Source: an uncultured Candidatus Binatia bacterium
Lineage (GTDB): Bacteria; Desulfobacterota; Binatia; UBA9968; CAXXLF01
Direction of reading: 5' to 3'
Length of the DNA: 64,000 nt
Assembly: GCA_965218425.1 (NCBI GenBank)
Contig: OZ244621.1
Span: forward strand, 768,001 to 832,000
The translations under genes were made by a program, and so were the position numbers. The notes beneath the pieces were generated by a model. The model saw only the letters and a program-made list of their open reading frames with translations, made no database searches and had not been told where the DNA came from. Positions 51,978 through 61,759 of the stretch are shown piece after piece (the first letter of the stretch is position 1; each line of letters starts with the position of its first letter).

Positions 51978-52442
51978 ATGAACAAGAAGATTACCTTGCG
52001 CGTGAACGGCAAAAAGCATGAGCTGGAGGTTCCCACCAATCGTCTCTTGGTGGACGCCCTACGATATGATCTTGGCCTCACCGGCACGAAAGAGGGTTGT
52101 AGTGTGGGTGTCTGCGGGGCCTGTACGGTCCTCATGGACGGAAAAATGGTGAGTTCTTGTCTCGCACTAGCGGTTTTTGCGGACGGGCGCCAGATCACAA
52201 CGGTCGAAGGACTAGCCAAAAATGGCAAACTCCATCCCGTGCAACAAAGCTTTATTAAATACGGTGGTTTCCAGTGTGGAATTTGCACCCCCGGACAGGT
52301 GGTAGCGGCAAAGTCCCTGCTAGACGAAGTCAAGCGACCCACAGAGGATCAGGTGAAGGACTGGATGATGGGAAATCTGTGTCGTTGCACTGGCTATTAC
52401 AAGATTATCGAATCCATCCAAAAGGCTCACCAATTCAAATAA
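51978..52442 (+). CDS. Mo-hydroxylase 2Fe-2S subunit (CoxS-like)
   Basis: GCSVGVCGAC, QCGICTPG and NLCRCTGY motifs; RBS before ATG 51978. Confidence 0.92.
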   Translation: MNKKITLRVNGKKHELEVPTNRLLVDALRYDLGLTGTKEGCSVGVCGACTVLMDGKMVSSCLALAVFADGRQITTVEGLAKNGKLHPVQQSFIKYGGFQCGICTPGQVVAAKSLLDEVKRPTEDQVKDWMMGNLCRCTGYYKIIESIQKAHQFK

Positions 52443-52452
52443 GGACTGGACC

Positions 52453-53400
52453 ATGTTGGCATTTGAATACCACACACCTAAATCCCTTCAGGAAGTCCAC
52501 CAAGACTTAAAACAGTTCGGTAGCGACGCAAAAGTCATCGCAGGCGGAACAGCTCTCGTCATTATGATGAAGCAGCGGCTGGTTCATCCTACTTGCTTGA
52601 TCAGCCTGCGGTCCGTGCCACGTCTGAACACCATCACGGAAAAGGACGGCGGCATGAGAATCGGCTCCTTGGTGACCCACAGAGAGCTGGAAACTAATCC
52701 CTTGGTGCGGCGTCGGTTGCCGCTCTTGGCCCAGACCTATCACCATGTGGCCACCATCCGTGTAAGGAACATGGCCAGCGTCGGTGGTGGACTTGCCCAT
52801 GCCGATCCGAACCAGGATCCTCCTCCAACCCTGATTGCCCTAGGCGCCACCGCTAAGGCGACTTCGACCAACGGAACGAGAGAGTTCCCTTTAGAGAATT
52901 TCTTTACGGATTACTATGAAACCGTCTTAAATCCAGACGAGATTCTTACGGAGGTCTTCGTACCAACCCTACCGGCAAACAGCGGTGGAGCTTTTCTCAA
53001 ATTCCTGCCCCGTACGGCCGACGACTACGCCACAGTGTCCGCCGCAGCCGTGGTCACCCTGGACAAGGCCAAGAAGACCTTTCAGGACGTCCACATTGCC
53101 CTGGGCAGCGTGGGAACGACACCCATTCGTGCCAAGGAGGCTGAGGACGTGCTTCGCGGACAACCGGTAAAACCAGATGCTCTTAGAGAAGCCGCTGAAA
53201 AAGTCCGGCCTCTGGTTGATCCCATCAGTGATTTTCGTGGCTCTGCATCTTACAAAAGAGAAATGGCCGTTGTATTTGCACGACGGGCATTGGAACAGGC
53301 CCTGGCAGGTCTCCGGAAAAAGGCCCCCACTAAAGCAAAAGCTGTAAAAAAGACGCGACCTAAGAAAAAGGCCAAGGCCAAAAAGAGAGGTAGACAGTGA
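52453..53400 (+). CDS. Mo-hydroxylase FAD subunit (CoxM-like) with Lys-rich tail
   Basis: AGGT, VRNMASVGG and DFRGSASYK motifs. Confidence 0.92.
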   Translation: MLAFEYHTPKSLQEVHQDLKQFGSDAKVIAGGTALVIMMKQRLVHPTCLISLRSVPRLNTITEKDGGMRIGSLVTHRELETNPLVRRRLPLLAQTYHHVATIRVRNMASVGGGLAHADPNQDPPPTLIALGATAKATSTNGTREFPLENFFTDYYETVLNPDEILTEVFVPTLPANSGGAFLKFLPRTADDYATVSAAAVVTLDKAKKTFQDVHIALGSVGTTPIRAKEAEDVLRGQPVKPDALREAAEKVRPLVDPISDFRGSASYKREMAVVFARRALEQALAGLRKKAPTKAKAVKKTRPKKKAKAKKRGRQ

Positions 53401-53849
53401 AATTCAACCAGCGCGCAGTTATCGCGGCCGCCCGTGAGCCTCTGTGGGATTTTCTCATGGATGTTCCTAAAGTCGCCCAGTCACTACCTGGAGTGGAGAA
53501 AGTTGAACAACTGGACCCCAATACCTACCAGGGGACTCTAAAAGTCCGCGTGGGCCCCATAACGATCAATCTGCAAGGAAAGATAATTGTGGAACAACGG
53601 GACCGCGACAGCTGGCGTGCCACCCTCCGAGCCGATGCAAGCGACCGCTTGGCCGCAGGAGCCGTCAAAGCCAAAACGAGCATGGAGCTTAAAGAGTTGG
53701 GCCCCACCGAAACTGAGATGTCAGTGGATACTGACGTTAGCATCATGGGCAAGATCGGCGAGTTTGGGCAACCCATAATTCGCAAAAAAGCCGATGCCAT
53801 GCTCCAAGAATTCGTGGAGAACATCAAAAAGCAACTTGCGACTCCATAG
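53397..53849 (+). CDS. CoxG/SRPBCC family protein
   Basis: WDFLMD..VAQSLPG, KVRVGPI and GKIGEFG motifs. Confidence 0.88.
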   Translation: MKFNQRAVIAAAREPLWDFLMDVPKVAQSLPGVEKVEQLDPNTYQGTLKVRVGPITINLQGKIIVEQRDRDSWRATLRADASDRLAAGAVKAKTSMELKELGPTETEMSVDTDVSIMGKIGEFGQPIIRKKADAMLQEFVENIKKQLATP

Positions 53850-54023
53850 CACAGGGTCTTATCCGAGTCCCCCTCTCCTCCAAGTCACGTTTCTTGAATC
53901 AGTTCCCCTCCAATCCATACGGTCTTTCCAGTTGGGTCTCGATCTTAGGACCGAAGCGCTACCCAGGGGCAGCCATTTGAGACAAGGCGCTCCAACGTCG
54001 AAACGATTTTTAAAACCAGCCCC

Positions 54024-54905
54024 ATGATGAACCCCTTAGAGAAATGGATGCTGGCTGCACGCCCCAAGACCCTGTGGGCCTCGGTGGCTCCCGTTGTAGT
54101 TGGAACGGCTATGGCCTACGGTGATGGGCTTCACCACTGGCCTTCCGCCTCCAGTGCCCTTCTCTGTGCGGTGCTTATCCAGATCGGAACCAATTTTGCC
54201 AACGACTATTTCGACTACAAGAAGGGGGCCGATACGGCACAAAGACAGGGTCCACTCCGACTGACCCAGGCAGGATTGGTGTCACCTCAGGCAATGAAAC
54301 TGGCCACGGCCCTCGTATTCCTGATGGCATGCATTGGGGCCCTCACACTGGTGGTGCGGGGAGGTTTGCCCATCATCCTCATCGGTATTTTTTGCATTCT
54401 CGCGGGCACACTCTATACAGGCGGACCCTACCCTTATGGCTATCACGGGCTGGGTGACCTTATCTGCCTGGTCTTTTTCGGACCCGTTGCTGTGGGGGGA
54501 ACCTACTATGTCCAAGCCATGGAGTTTCACCCGGTTGTTGCGGCGGCCGGACTGGGACCGGGTTTACTCATCACTGCGATCCTAACGGTCAATAATCTGC
54601 GCGATATTGAAGATGACCGCAAGGCGGGAAAACGGACGTTGGCCGTTAGTCTGGGTAAAACCTTCACCCGATGGGAATACGCATTCCTCGTGGTCTTGGG
54701 TGCTTCGGTTCCCATCCTAATTTACTTGAACACAGGGCAACGTCTAAGCTCGCTGCTTACCCTGGTCGTTATACCTATGGCTTGGCCCGCCTTTAAAACC
54801 CTCCGAGCCCGTAGCGATGGAGCAGCGCTCAACCCCACCCTCGTGCATACGGCTCGACTCCCACTCATCTATAGCGTTTTATTCTCCTTGGGTTGGCTCC
54901 TTTAA
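54024..54905 (+). CDS. menA: 1,4-dihydroxy-2-naphthoate polyprenyltransferase
   Basis: ARPKTL, NFANDYFDYKKGAD and NNLRDIEDDRKAGKRTLAV motifs. Confidence 0.95.
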   Translation: MMNPLEKWMLAARPKTLWASVAPVVVGTAMAYGDGLHHWPSASSALLCAVLIQIGTNFANDYFDYKKGADTAQRQGPLRLTQAGLVSPQAMKLATALVFLMACIGALTLVVRGGLPIILIGIFCILAGTLYTGGPYPYGYHGLGDLICLVFFGPVAVGGTYYVQAMEFHPVVAAAGLGPGLLITAILTVNNLRDIEDDRKAGKRTLAVSLGKTFTRWEYAFLVVLGASVPILIYLNTGQRLSSLLTLVVIPMAWPAFKTLRARSDGAALNPTLVHTARLPLIYSVLFSLGWLL

Positions 54906-55024
54906 AAAGATTTCCCTTAGACCCGCCGGCGCAGTGCATTTCTCCCGTTCCCTGGCCATTCACAGTCAAGGGAAGCATCAACCCAGTCCCTTCGTCTCCT
55001 CGGTGAGGGACTGCATTTGGGTAA

Positions 55025-55642
55025 CTAGTGCAACGGTGAAAATGACGCCGGGATAACGATTGCGTTCTCCTGCTTGAGCATGAACTCACTGGTCTGGGAC
55101 GGCCAGTTTTCAAGTTTGTTAGCTTCGGCCCGTATTCGTGTTCTTTCCGCCATATTTTCATAGGGCCATATGTGAATGAACTGATTGAGCGGGCCAAATG
55201 TTGTGTACCAGCAGGCTGCCAACGGCGAGAGTTTTACCCGATCTGCAATCACTTTTTCCCAGCGCTCAAGCACCGTAGGAATGGACCCAGGCAGATAAGT
55301 ATAGGTTCGAATCTCGTAAATGTTGCCGAGCTTTCTTTCCTCAAGGGGCGGAGAAAAGGGTGCCGGCTGAAGGATCTTGTTTTCCTGGGAGATGATGATC
55401 TCCCGGTTTTGCGGCGGCCAATGCCCGGTCTTTCTTGCCTCCCCTGAGATACGCTCTCGATCCGCAAAATCCTTGTAGGGCCAAACATAAATGACCTGGT
55501 TCAGCGGGCCCACTTCGGAGTGCCAGAAGGCGCCAAGCTTGGAGATTTTCTGCCGGTATTCTAGGGCCGCAGCAAAGCGTTCCTCGAAGATTGGAATATT
55601 CCCGCCCGGTTTTAATGTATAGGTACGCATTTCTATAATCAT
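55025..55642 (-). CDS. NIPSNAP family protein
   Basis: Two EMRTY/EIRTY...GPLNQ...PASFSPL repeats. Confidence 0.9.
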   Translation of the reverse strand: MIIEMRTYTLKPGGNIPIFEERFAAALEYRQKISKLGAFWHSEVGPLNQVIYVWPYKDFADRERISGEARKTGHWPPQNREIIISQENKILQPAPFSPPLEERKLGNIYEIRTYTYLPGSIPTVLERWEKVIADRVKLSPLAACWYTTFGPLNQFIHIWPYENMAERTRIRAEANKLENWPSQTSEFMLKQENAIVIPASFSPLH

Positions 55643-55792
55643 GTTTCCCCTCCTTTGAACGAATTGCCTTGTTCTATCCCACAGATTCTTGGATCTTTGC
55701 AACATCCATTTTCAATACCTGTGGCCGAAAAACCAACTCCCCGAGGAGAGCGAGGGCTCGGGGGCCTGCCCCTCAGCGGGAGCCTAACGGAT

Positions 55793-55830
55793 AGCAATTA
55801 GCTCTCAGCCTTCAGCTATCAGCAAATCAG
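55793..55830. repeat. Degenerate 7-nt tandem repeat (AGCNNTC)
   Basis: AGCAATT AGCTCTC AGCCTTC AGCTATC AGCAAATC. Confidence 0.7.
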
Positions 55831-55930
55831 GACTGCGTAGCGAGCTCCTCCCCACTCAGTCCTCAACACTCGTTACTCACGGCTAATTTTGGGTCAGGTC
55901 CCCTGCGCCCGAAACCGTTACGGCGACGAG

Positions 55931-56016
55931 GGGAAGCGAGCCTCCGGCCGTGGGCATCGAACGTGTAGTTTCAAATATTCACTGGCCTGTTGCCCACGGC
56001 CGGAGGCTCGCTTCCC
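55931..56016. repeat. Perfect 26-bp inverted repeat (REP/REPIN-like)
   Basis: GGGAAGCGAGCCTCCGGCCGTGGGCA (55931-55956) and its exact reverse complement (55991-56016), 34-nt spacer. Confidence 0.9.
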
Positions 56017-56157
56017 GAGGAGCACCGAGACCTTAGAGGTGCGGACTGTGTAACATAATCGGCACCGTGACCCTTGTGAAAGGAAGGGGGCTCGGGGACT
56101 TGTCCACCCCCCGTGATAAAACATAAACGTTCCCGTTTAATTACCTTCAGATCGGGG

Positions 56158-58413
56158 TTAATTCCTCCGGGTCTCCTTGAGGGCACGAAATACCTGATCG
56201 GAAGTAATGGGCAACTCAAAGGCGCGCGACCCCACCGCGTCGGCCACCGCGTTGGCGATGGCAGCAATAGGGCTATTATTGGACATTTCACCAATAGCCT
56301 TAGCACCGTAGGGTCCGGGTCCAACATTGGAATGGACCAGTGTGGTAACCAACTCCGGCACGTCGGCAATGGTCGGGACCTTGTAATCCCCCAGGTTGGT
56401 CGTTAGCACTCGACCCTCTTCGATCCTCACCTCTTCCATGGTCGCCATACCCATGCCTTGCACCAAACCCCCTTCGATTTGCCCTTGGTGAGTGATGGGG
56501 TTAATGATGGTCCCAACATCGTGAGAGGTTACGAATCGAGTGACCCTAAATTGACCGGTTTCGGTGTCTACTTTCACCTCGGCGATTTGCGCGCTGTAAC
56601 AGGTAATATCCTGTCTTCCCTTGGGGTTCACGTTGGCCGTGACCTGCAATAACCCGTCTTCCCCCTTGCGCTTGACGATGTCACCCATCATCAAAGCCCG
56701 CCTTGGATCCTCCTGGGCCCAGAACTTTTCACCCCGGTGAACAATCTCCTCCAGGGGACATTCTAAGATCTCCGCCGCACGGGCGGCTAGTTGTTCTCTC
56801 AGATCACCGGACGCTTGGAGAACCGCCGTTCCCGCGATGTTGGTTACCCGCATGGCTCCGGAGCCGCAATCCTTGGGGGCCGTATCCGTATCCCCCACAA
56901 CGACTTCAACACGATCCATATTCAACTCAAATTCCTTGGCCACAATCTGGCGCAAGACCGTATGGGCACCGACTCCCTGGTCAAAGGTAGGGCTGATGAT
57001 CGTGATGGTCCCGTTAGCGCCTGCCACAAGCGTTGCACCGGTAGGACCGGATCCTACATGTCGATCGTAAATGGCAATGCCCCGCCCCGTATTCGAGCCG
57101 CGCTTGCCACGTTTCCAGCCAAACGCGTCAAGGGCCGCTTGCAAGGCGTCACGGGCTTTGACCTCTTGCTGGCGCTCTCCCACCGCATTTTCTTCTCCGT
57201 CCTCAATGATATTCTTGAGTCGAAACTCGGCGGGGTCTATATTCAACGCCTTCGCAATAAGATCGTTGTGGGACTCCACGGCAAAGTTGGTCTGGGGAGC
57301 CCCGGGGGCTCGGAAAAATCCGCTGGGGACCGTATTCGTATAGACCTGAATGGCCTCAAAGAAGGTGTGCTCGATTCGATAAGGCCCACCCGCATGGGAC
57401 GCACCGCCGATGGAGATACTGACAACCGGCTTGAACGCCCCGTAGGCCCCGCTGTTATGGATCGCTTTCAACTTACGCGCAACCATACGACCGTCTTTTT
57501 TGACACCGGTACGGACGGTGATGACCGACGGATGGGTAGGGTTCCCTGCGGTGAGTTCTTCGTAATAGGTCATGACCATTTTAACCGGCCGTTTTGACTG
57601 CTGGGCTAGAAAGGCCGCGATGGGAAGGTCCATGGTGTCTCCCTTGCCACCGAAGTCACCCCCTACAAAGACCGGATTGATTCGAATGTTCGTCTCAGGG
57701 ATTCCCGTGGCCTTGGCCAGCTGGTCACGGATACTGAACGAACTCTTGGTGGAGATCCAGACGTCCAAACGGCCGTTGGCATCGATGGCGACAATGCCCG
57801 CATGGGGCTCAATGTAGCCGTGATGCCGGCCGGGGGTGCGAAAGGTATGCTCGAGGACAAGGTCCGCCTCCTGAAAGCCTTGCTCCACATCCCCTTTATC
57901 CCATGTCACTCGGGTCAGACCGTTGGGGACCTGCGGGATTGCGGCCGATTGGAGCATCCCATCATAGACACTGGGGTCTTCGTGCAATCTGGGAGCATCC
58001 GATTGCATGGCAGCCAATGGGTCAAATACGGGATGCAGGACCTCGTATTCCACATCGATATACTCAAGCGCCTCCTCTGCCGCATCAAGTGTTTCAGCGG
58101 CCACGGCTGCGACCCGGTCGCCAACAAACCGCACCTTGTCCCAGCATAAGACGGGCATGTCCCTCAAACGCCTTCCCACCAAGTGACCGGGGATATCTTT
58201 ACCCGTGATGACGGCCTTCACTCCCTCCACTTTCCAAGCTCGAGAGACATCCACACTGACAATGCGGGCATGGGGATGGGGACTGCGTAACACCTTGCCC
58301 CAAAGCATCCCAGGAAGAGAGATATCTGCCGCATAAAGCGCACGCCCCGTTACTTTGTCTGGGCCCTCTGCCCGCGGAATAGAAGCTCCAATGGGGGAAT
58401 CGCTCCTTGCCAC
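56158..58413 (-). CDS. Xanthine dehydrogenase-family molybdopterin-binding subunit (stand-alone)
   Basis: LRSPHPHA, VGGDFGGK, GFFRAPG and GAKAIGE motifs; RBS AAGGAGGT before GTG 58413. Confidence 0.92.
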   Translation of the reverse strand: MARSDSPIGASIPRAEGPDKVTGRALYAADISLPGMLWGKVLRSPHPHARIVSVDVSRAWKVEGVKAVITGKDIPGHLVGRRLRDMPVLCWDKVRFVGDRVAAVAAETLDAAEEALEYIDVEYEVLHPVFDPLAAMQSDAPRLHEDPSVYDGMLQSAAIPQVPNGLTRVTWDKGDVEQGFQEADLVLEHTFRTPGRHHGYIEPHAGIVAIDANGRLDVWISTKSSFSIRDQLAKATGIPETNIRINPVFVGGDFGGKGDTMDLPIAAFLAQQSKRPVKMVMTYYEELTAGNPTHPSVITVRTGVKKDGRMVARKLKAIHNSGAYGAFKPVVSISIGGASHAGGPYRIEHTFFEAIQVYTNTVPSGFFRAPGAPQTNFAVESHNDLIAKALNIDPAEFRLKNIIEDGEENAVGERQQEVKARDALQAALDAFGWKRGKRGSNTGRGIAIYDRHVGSGPTGATLVAGANGTITIISPTFDQGVGAHTVLRQIVAKEFELNMDRVEVVVGDTDTAPKDCGSGAMRVTNIAGTAVLQASGDLREQLAARAAEILECPLEEIVHRGEKFWAQEDPRRALMMGDIVKRKGEDGLLQVTANVNPKGRQDITCYSAQIAEVKVDTETGQFRVTRFVTSHDVGTIINPITHQGQIEGGLVQGMGMATMEEVRIEEGRVLTTNLGDYKVPTIADVPELVTTLVHSNVGPGPYGAKAIGEMSNNSPIAAIANAVADAVGSRAFELPITSDQVFRALKETRRN

Positions 58414-59014
58414 CTGACTTACCTCCTTTGCACGGAAACTCACGAATCGAACGGAACGACTTAACTCCAAATGCGGCAAAAGATCAAGGCAGTTGTCCAG
58501 GAAATGATGTTGACTTCGTACCGATGGGTCTTACCCCGCTTGAAGCGGGGCTCAGAGTGGAACTGTAGAGTTCATCCCGAATCAGAGACACTTAAAGAGG
58601 GTGTTCTTTGGTACTCAGTAAAGCCGGCAACGGCAGTTTCCTGAAAATGTCGCGCGCCGGGGATGGCTTCAAGGGTACACTGACTATCGGCATTGCGCCG
58701 GCCTGAAACGCTCTCGCCGAATCCCCCTCCGTCGTGGCCGGCCTGCACCGTGCGGGCGGCGAACGGAGGATAGGAGGCGAAACCGGGTCGCCGGCAGGAA
58801 CCCACCTACTACTCAATCTGTCGCGGATACGCTCTAGGCAGGTGGTTCCGCGTGAAGGATTAACAATTTGGAAAACACCGAGACGGTATGCCCGCGCATC
58901 CGCCGGTAGACACCGACCTCACCGGCGCTTGAGGGCGTTTGGCTGGCCTCCTGAAACATGACCTCGCCGATACGGTTCAACTGAGGGGACGAACGAAACA
59001 AAGGCGTGGGCCAA

Positions 59015-59642
59015 ACCTTCAGATCCGCAATCAGAACATCACGATATGCGGCCAGCATGTCACGCAGTGGCCCTGAACGGCCTTCCTCTTGGAGAATGTG
59101 TCCGATTCCGTCGCGCAACAGGCGAGCCTTTGCGGCCATTCGATCGGCAAGCTCGCGCGGACCGGCGACCGTCCGCGGATCGGCTGTAAGGAACCCATCG
59201 AACAATGCGTCGGTGCTCGCTGCACCGTCCCTGTCGGTAGCGACTCTGCCTTGACTGTCGATTCGTCCGAGGCGCGCTATTACGCGTATCTCGCCATAGG
59301 CGTACCAGTGCAACTCCAAGTAGTCGATCAGGATAAGGTTCGGCAGCGCTGTTCTGTAGTGCGTAAGTTGTTCGTCGGTCTCTGCACGATCCAGGTTCGT
59401 GCCAATGTTCTTGCACTCGATATGACCAATCGGCACCCCACGGCGCTCGATAATGAAGTTTGATGCACCGCAGGCAACATGCGAAGGCTCGTTGACAGCG
59501 CGCACGGTGCTGCCACCCAATCCTTGGACGAGCGCCTGAAGGGCAGGCCGATAACCGTGCTCGGTCGCTTGCCCTGTTGTCAACACTTCGAAATAGCGCG
59601 AAGGTAGGTGCGAAGCTCACCGGTTGCACTTCCCTTACTCAC
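59015..59642 (-). pseudogene. N-terminal fragment of a type IIG/ISP restriction-modification enzyme
   Basis: ATEHGYRPAL, IGHIECK, QL..YR.ALPNLILIDYLE and ELADRMAAKARLLRD segments; frameshift near 59587; truncated before the methyltransferase domain. Confidence 0.7.
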
Positions 59643-60250
59643 CGAGCGTCTCTCGTCATTGTTTGCCCAGCATCCGTCGATTTACTGTCACCGCAGGCAT
59701 CGCCGATGTTGTCGCCGACAGCAGCGCGACATGCAAGCGCTCCGACGGATGTCCGTCGTCGCTACCGATGCCATTGTCGCACCGAATGCGTGGGGTGTCG
59801 CCGCCGAGCCGCAAAATGCTTCCGCGGTTCCCGGTGCCGGCACCTCAACCGCGTCGTCTCGCACTGGCAAGGCAACGCGCAGCGACGCTGACACCAAGCA
59901 CGGCGTGATGTTCAGGCTCACGAGCTGCTGATAGGGCTATCGCCCCACCGCTTCGTCCTGCACGGGTGCGGCCGCTCAAGCGCCGCTCGGGCTAACTGCC
60001 GGATACGAAACGGTTTGCATCGCCCGGCCGCTTGATTGTCAGGAAGAGGGTTCAGGACGCCCTTCGGCGTTTCCCATACACACCTGACGCAGTTCTTAGA
60101 TTTGACGGCTTTTTACGTGATTCCCGCAACCGATGTGCCCATACCAACGATAAAGGCAATGGCCACGATCACGAATGAAAGACCAAAATATTTCTGAAAC
60201 CTGCATCCTATTACTACGTTATACATATGGGTACCTCCGGTTGTCATTTT

Positions 60251-61012
60251 TTATCTGTGATTCCATTGGGGTTTCGCCTTGTGCAGAAAGGCCCGAACTC
60301 CCTCTTCCACATCCTTCGTTTTGAGAAGTTCATTAACGTACATTTCCTCCGATTGTTTCAATGCGTCTGTCAGACGACCCATGGAGTTTTCCCGCAGCCC
60401 CCTGAGCGCAATACGGAGCACCGCCGCGCTCTTCCCCTTGAGCTCATCCAGTAAAGAAATCATGGCTGGTTCGAGTTCCGCAGCAGGAACGACTCGATTC
60501 ACCAGACCAAAGTCATGGGCCTCTCGGGCGGAATACCTCCTGCCCGTGAGAATCGTTTCCGCTGCTCGGTGGTACCCCATCAGCGACGGAAATCTAGCCA
60601 AAGCCACAGGTGGATAACATCCCACGGTTATCTCAGGTGTGGCAAAAACACTCTCCTCCGAAGCCAAGATCATGTCACAGGAACTGGCTAACTCCCAACC
60701 TCCACCCAGACACGCCCCCTGCACTACGGCGAGGGTAACCTGCCGAATGGTGAATAGCTTACGAATGACCCCGTGAACCACTCTTAACATCTCGGGCGCT
60801 TTCTCCCGTGTATGATCCTTGATATCCACGCCCGCAGAGAAGGCGCGGTCTCCGTCCCCTTGCAAGACCAGAAAGTCCACCTTTGAGTCACCACCCACCC
60901 GCTCCAGGACTTCGCGAAGCTCCCCCATCATGGGAATATTCATGACATTCAGTGGGGGACGTTGAAGGCTGACAAAGGCCGCGCGGTCTTCGATTTGCAG
61001 TAGGATATTCAT
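60251..61012 (-). CDS. Enoyl-CoA hydratase/isomerase (Dch-like)
   Basis: RPPLNV, AFSAGVDIKDH, CLGGGWEL and PEITVG motifs. Confidence 0.9.
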   Translation of the reverse strand: MNILLQIEDRAAFVSLQRPPLNVMNIPMMGELREVLERVGGDSKVDFLVLQGDGDRAFSAGVDIKDHTREKAPEMLRVVHGVIRKLFTIRQVTLAVVQGACLGGGWELASSCDMILASEESVFATPEITVGCYPPVALARFPSLMGYHRAAETILTGRRYSAREAHDFGLVNRVVPAAELEPAMISLLDELKGKSAAVLRIALRGLRENSMGRLTDALKQSEEMYVNELLKTKDVEEGVRAFLHKAKPQWNHR

Positions 61013-61340
61013 GGCGCTCGGGAGATATTTTGCGGCTTGGCAAATCCTGCAGGAGGTCCCTTATTTATTATACGAGTACCCCCGTTTTTACAAGGACTTT
61101 ACTCTACATTTCCCAACAGTCCGAGATACGGCAACGCCTGTTGGGAGCTCCGTGAAAACACATATTATTTAGTGAACTTAGCCGCTTAGCTATCCTTAAA
61201 GAGGGGATTCATCTGGCTTGAAGGTAGCCGCGGAGAGCTCTATCAGGTTTAACAAGTTCAAAGGTAGTATAATAAAATCAAGCAAGATAAATATTGCCTG
61301 TAGTAGCAAAGTGAATCTGAATGCATAAAAGGGGCAAGCG

Positions 61341-61655
61341 GTGAATACAACTCGACACCTCATAGTTATGCTGAATCTCTGTTTGAGCCTCACCGCGTTG
61401 TCACGACCCGTTGTGGCGGATGAATACGACGAAAGCCGGTCCAATCCGCTCGGGGTATACACCTACTTGCCCCATCCCGTTGGGGTTGCCACGCAACGGT
61501 TGTTCGCTCGCCCCTTCCACGCCCTCGTTAGCAGCACCAGGGGTGTCGAGTACGTCTTTGGACACTGGCCCCATCCGCCGCTCTTCGAACCGACGGAAGC
61601 CATAGACGTGGGGCTTTCACGCCGGACCTACATATCAAGAGGGGGCCGCTTCTAG
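61341..61655 (+). CDS. Small secreted hypothetical protein
   Basis: Signal-peptide-like N-terminus, then DEYDESRSNP...HPVG...RPFH. Confidence 0.5.
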   Translation: MNTTRHLIVMLNLCLSLTALSRPVVADEYDESRSNPLGVYTYLPHPVGVATQRLFARPFHALVSSTRGVEYVFGHWPHPPLFEPTEAIDVGLSRRTYISRGGRF

Positions 61656-61759
61656 GCGAAGGAGGGCGTGCTACGGTGGATTACGCTGATACACTGTGAG
61701 GGCACCATAGCCGTAAAGCCATTGGGCTCCACACCAAGAATGTTATATAAATCAACACC

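Noticed and set aside
56791..57597. Long antisense or alternate-frame ORFs (also 23314-23991, 24432-25130 and others)
   Set aside because: These are shadows of well-supported genes, with no recognisable motifs or RBS.
26428..58413. Aerobic CO dehydrogenase (coxL)
   Set aside because: The active-site loops are GAFRGFG and GFFRAPG, not AYxCSFR (form I) or AYxGAGR (form II).
58420..58810. Moco riboswitch or group II intron end
   Set aside because: I could not find the Moco motif consensus or a domain V AGC/CGC triad hairpin.
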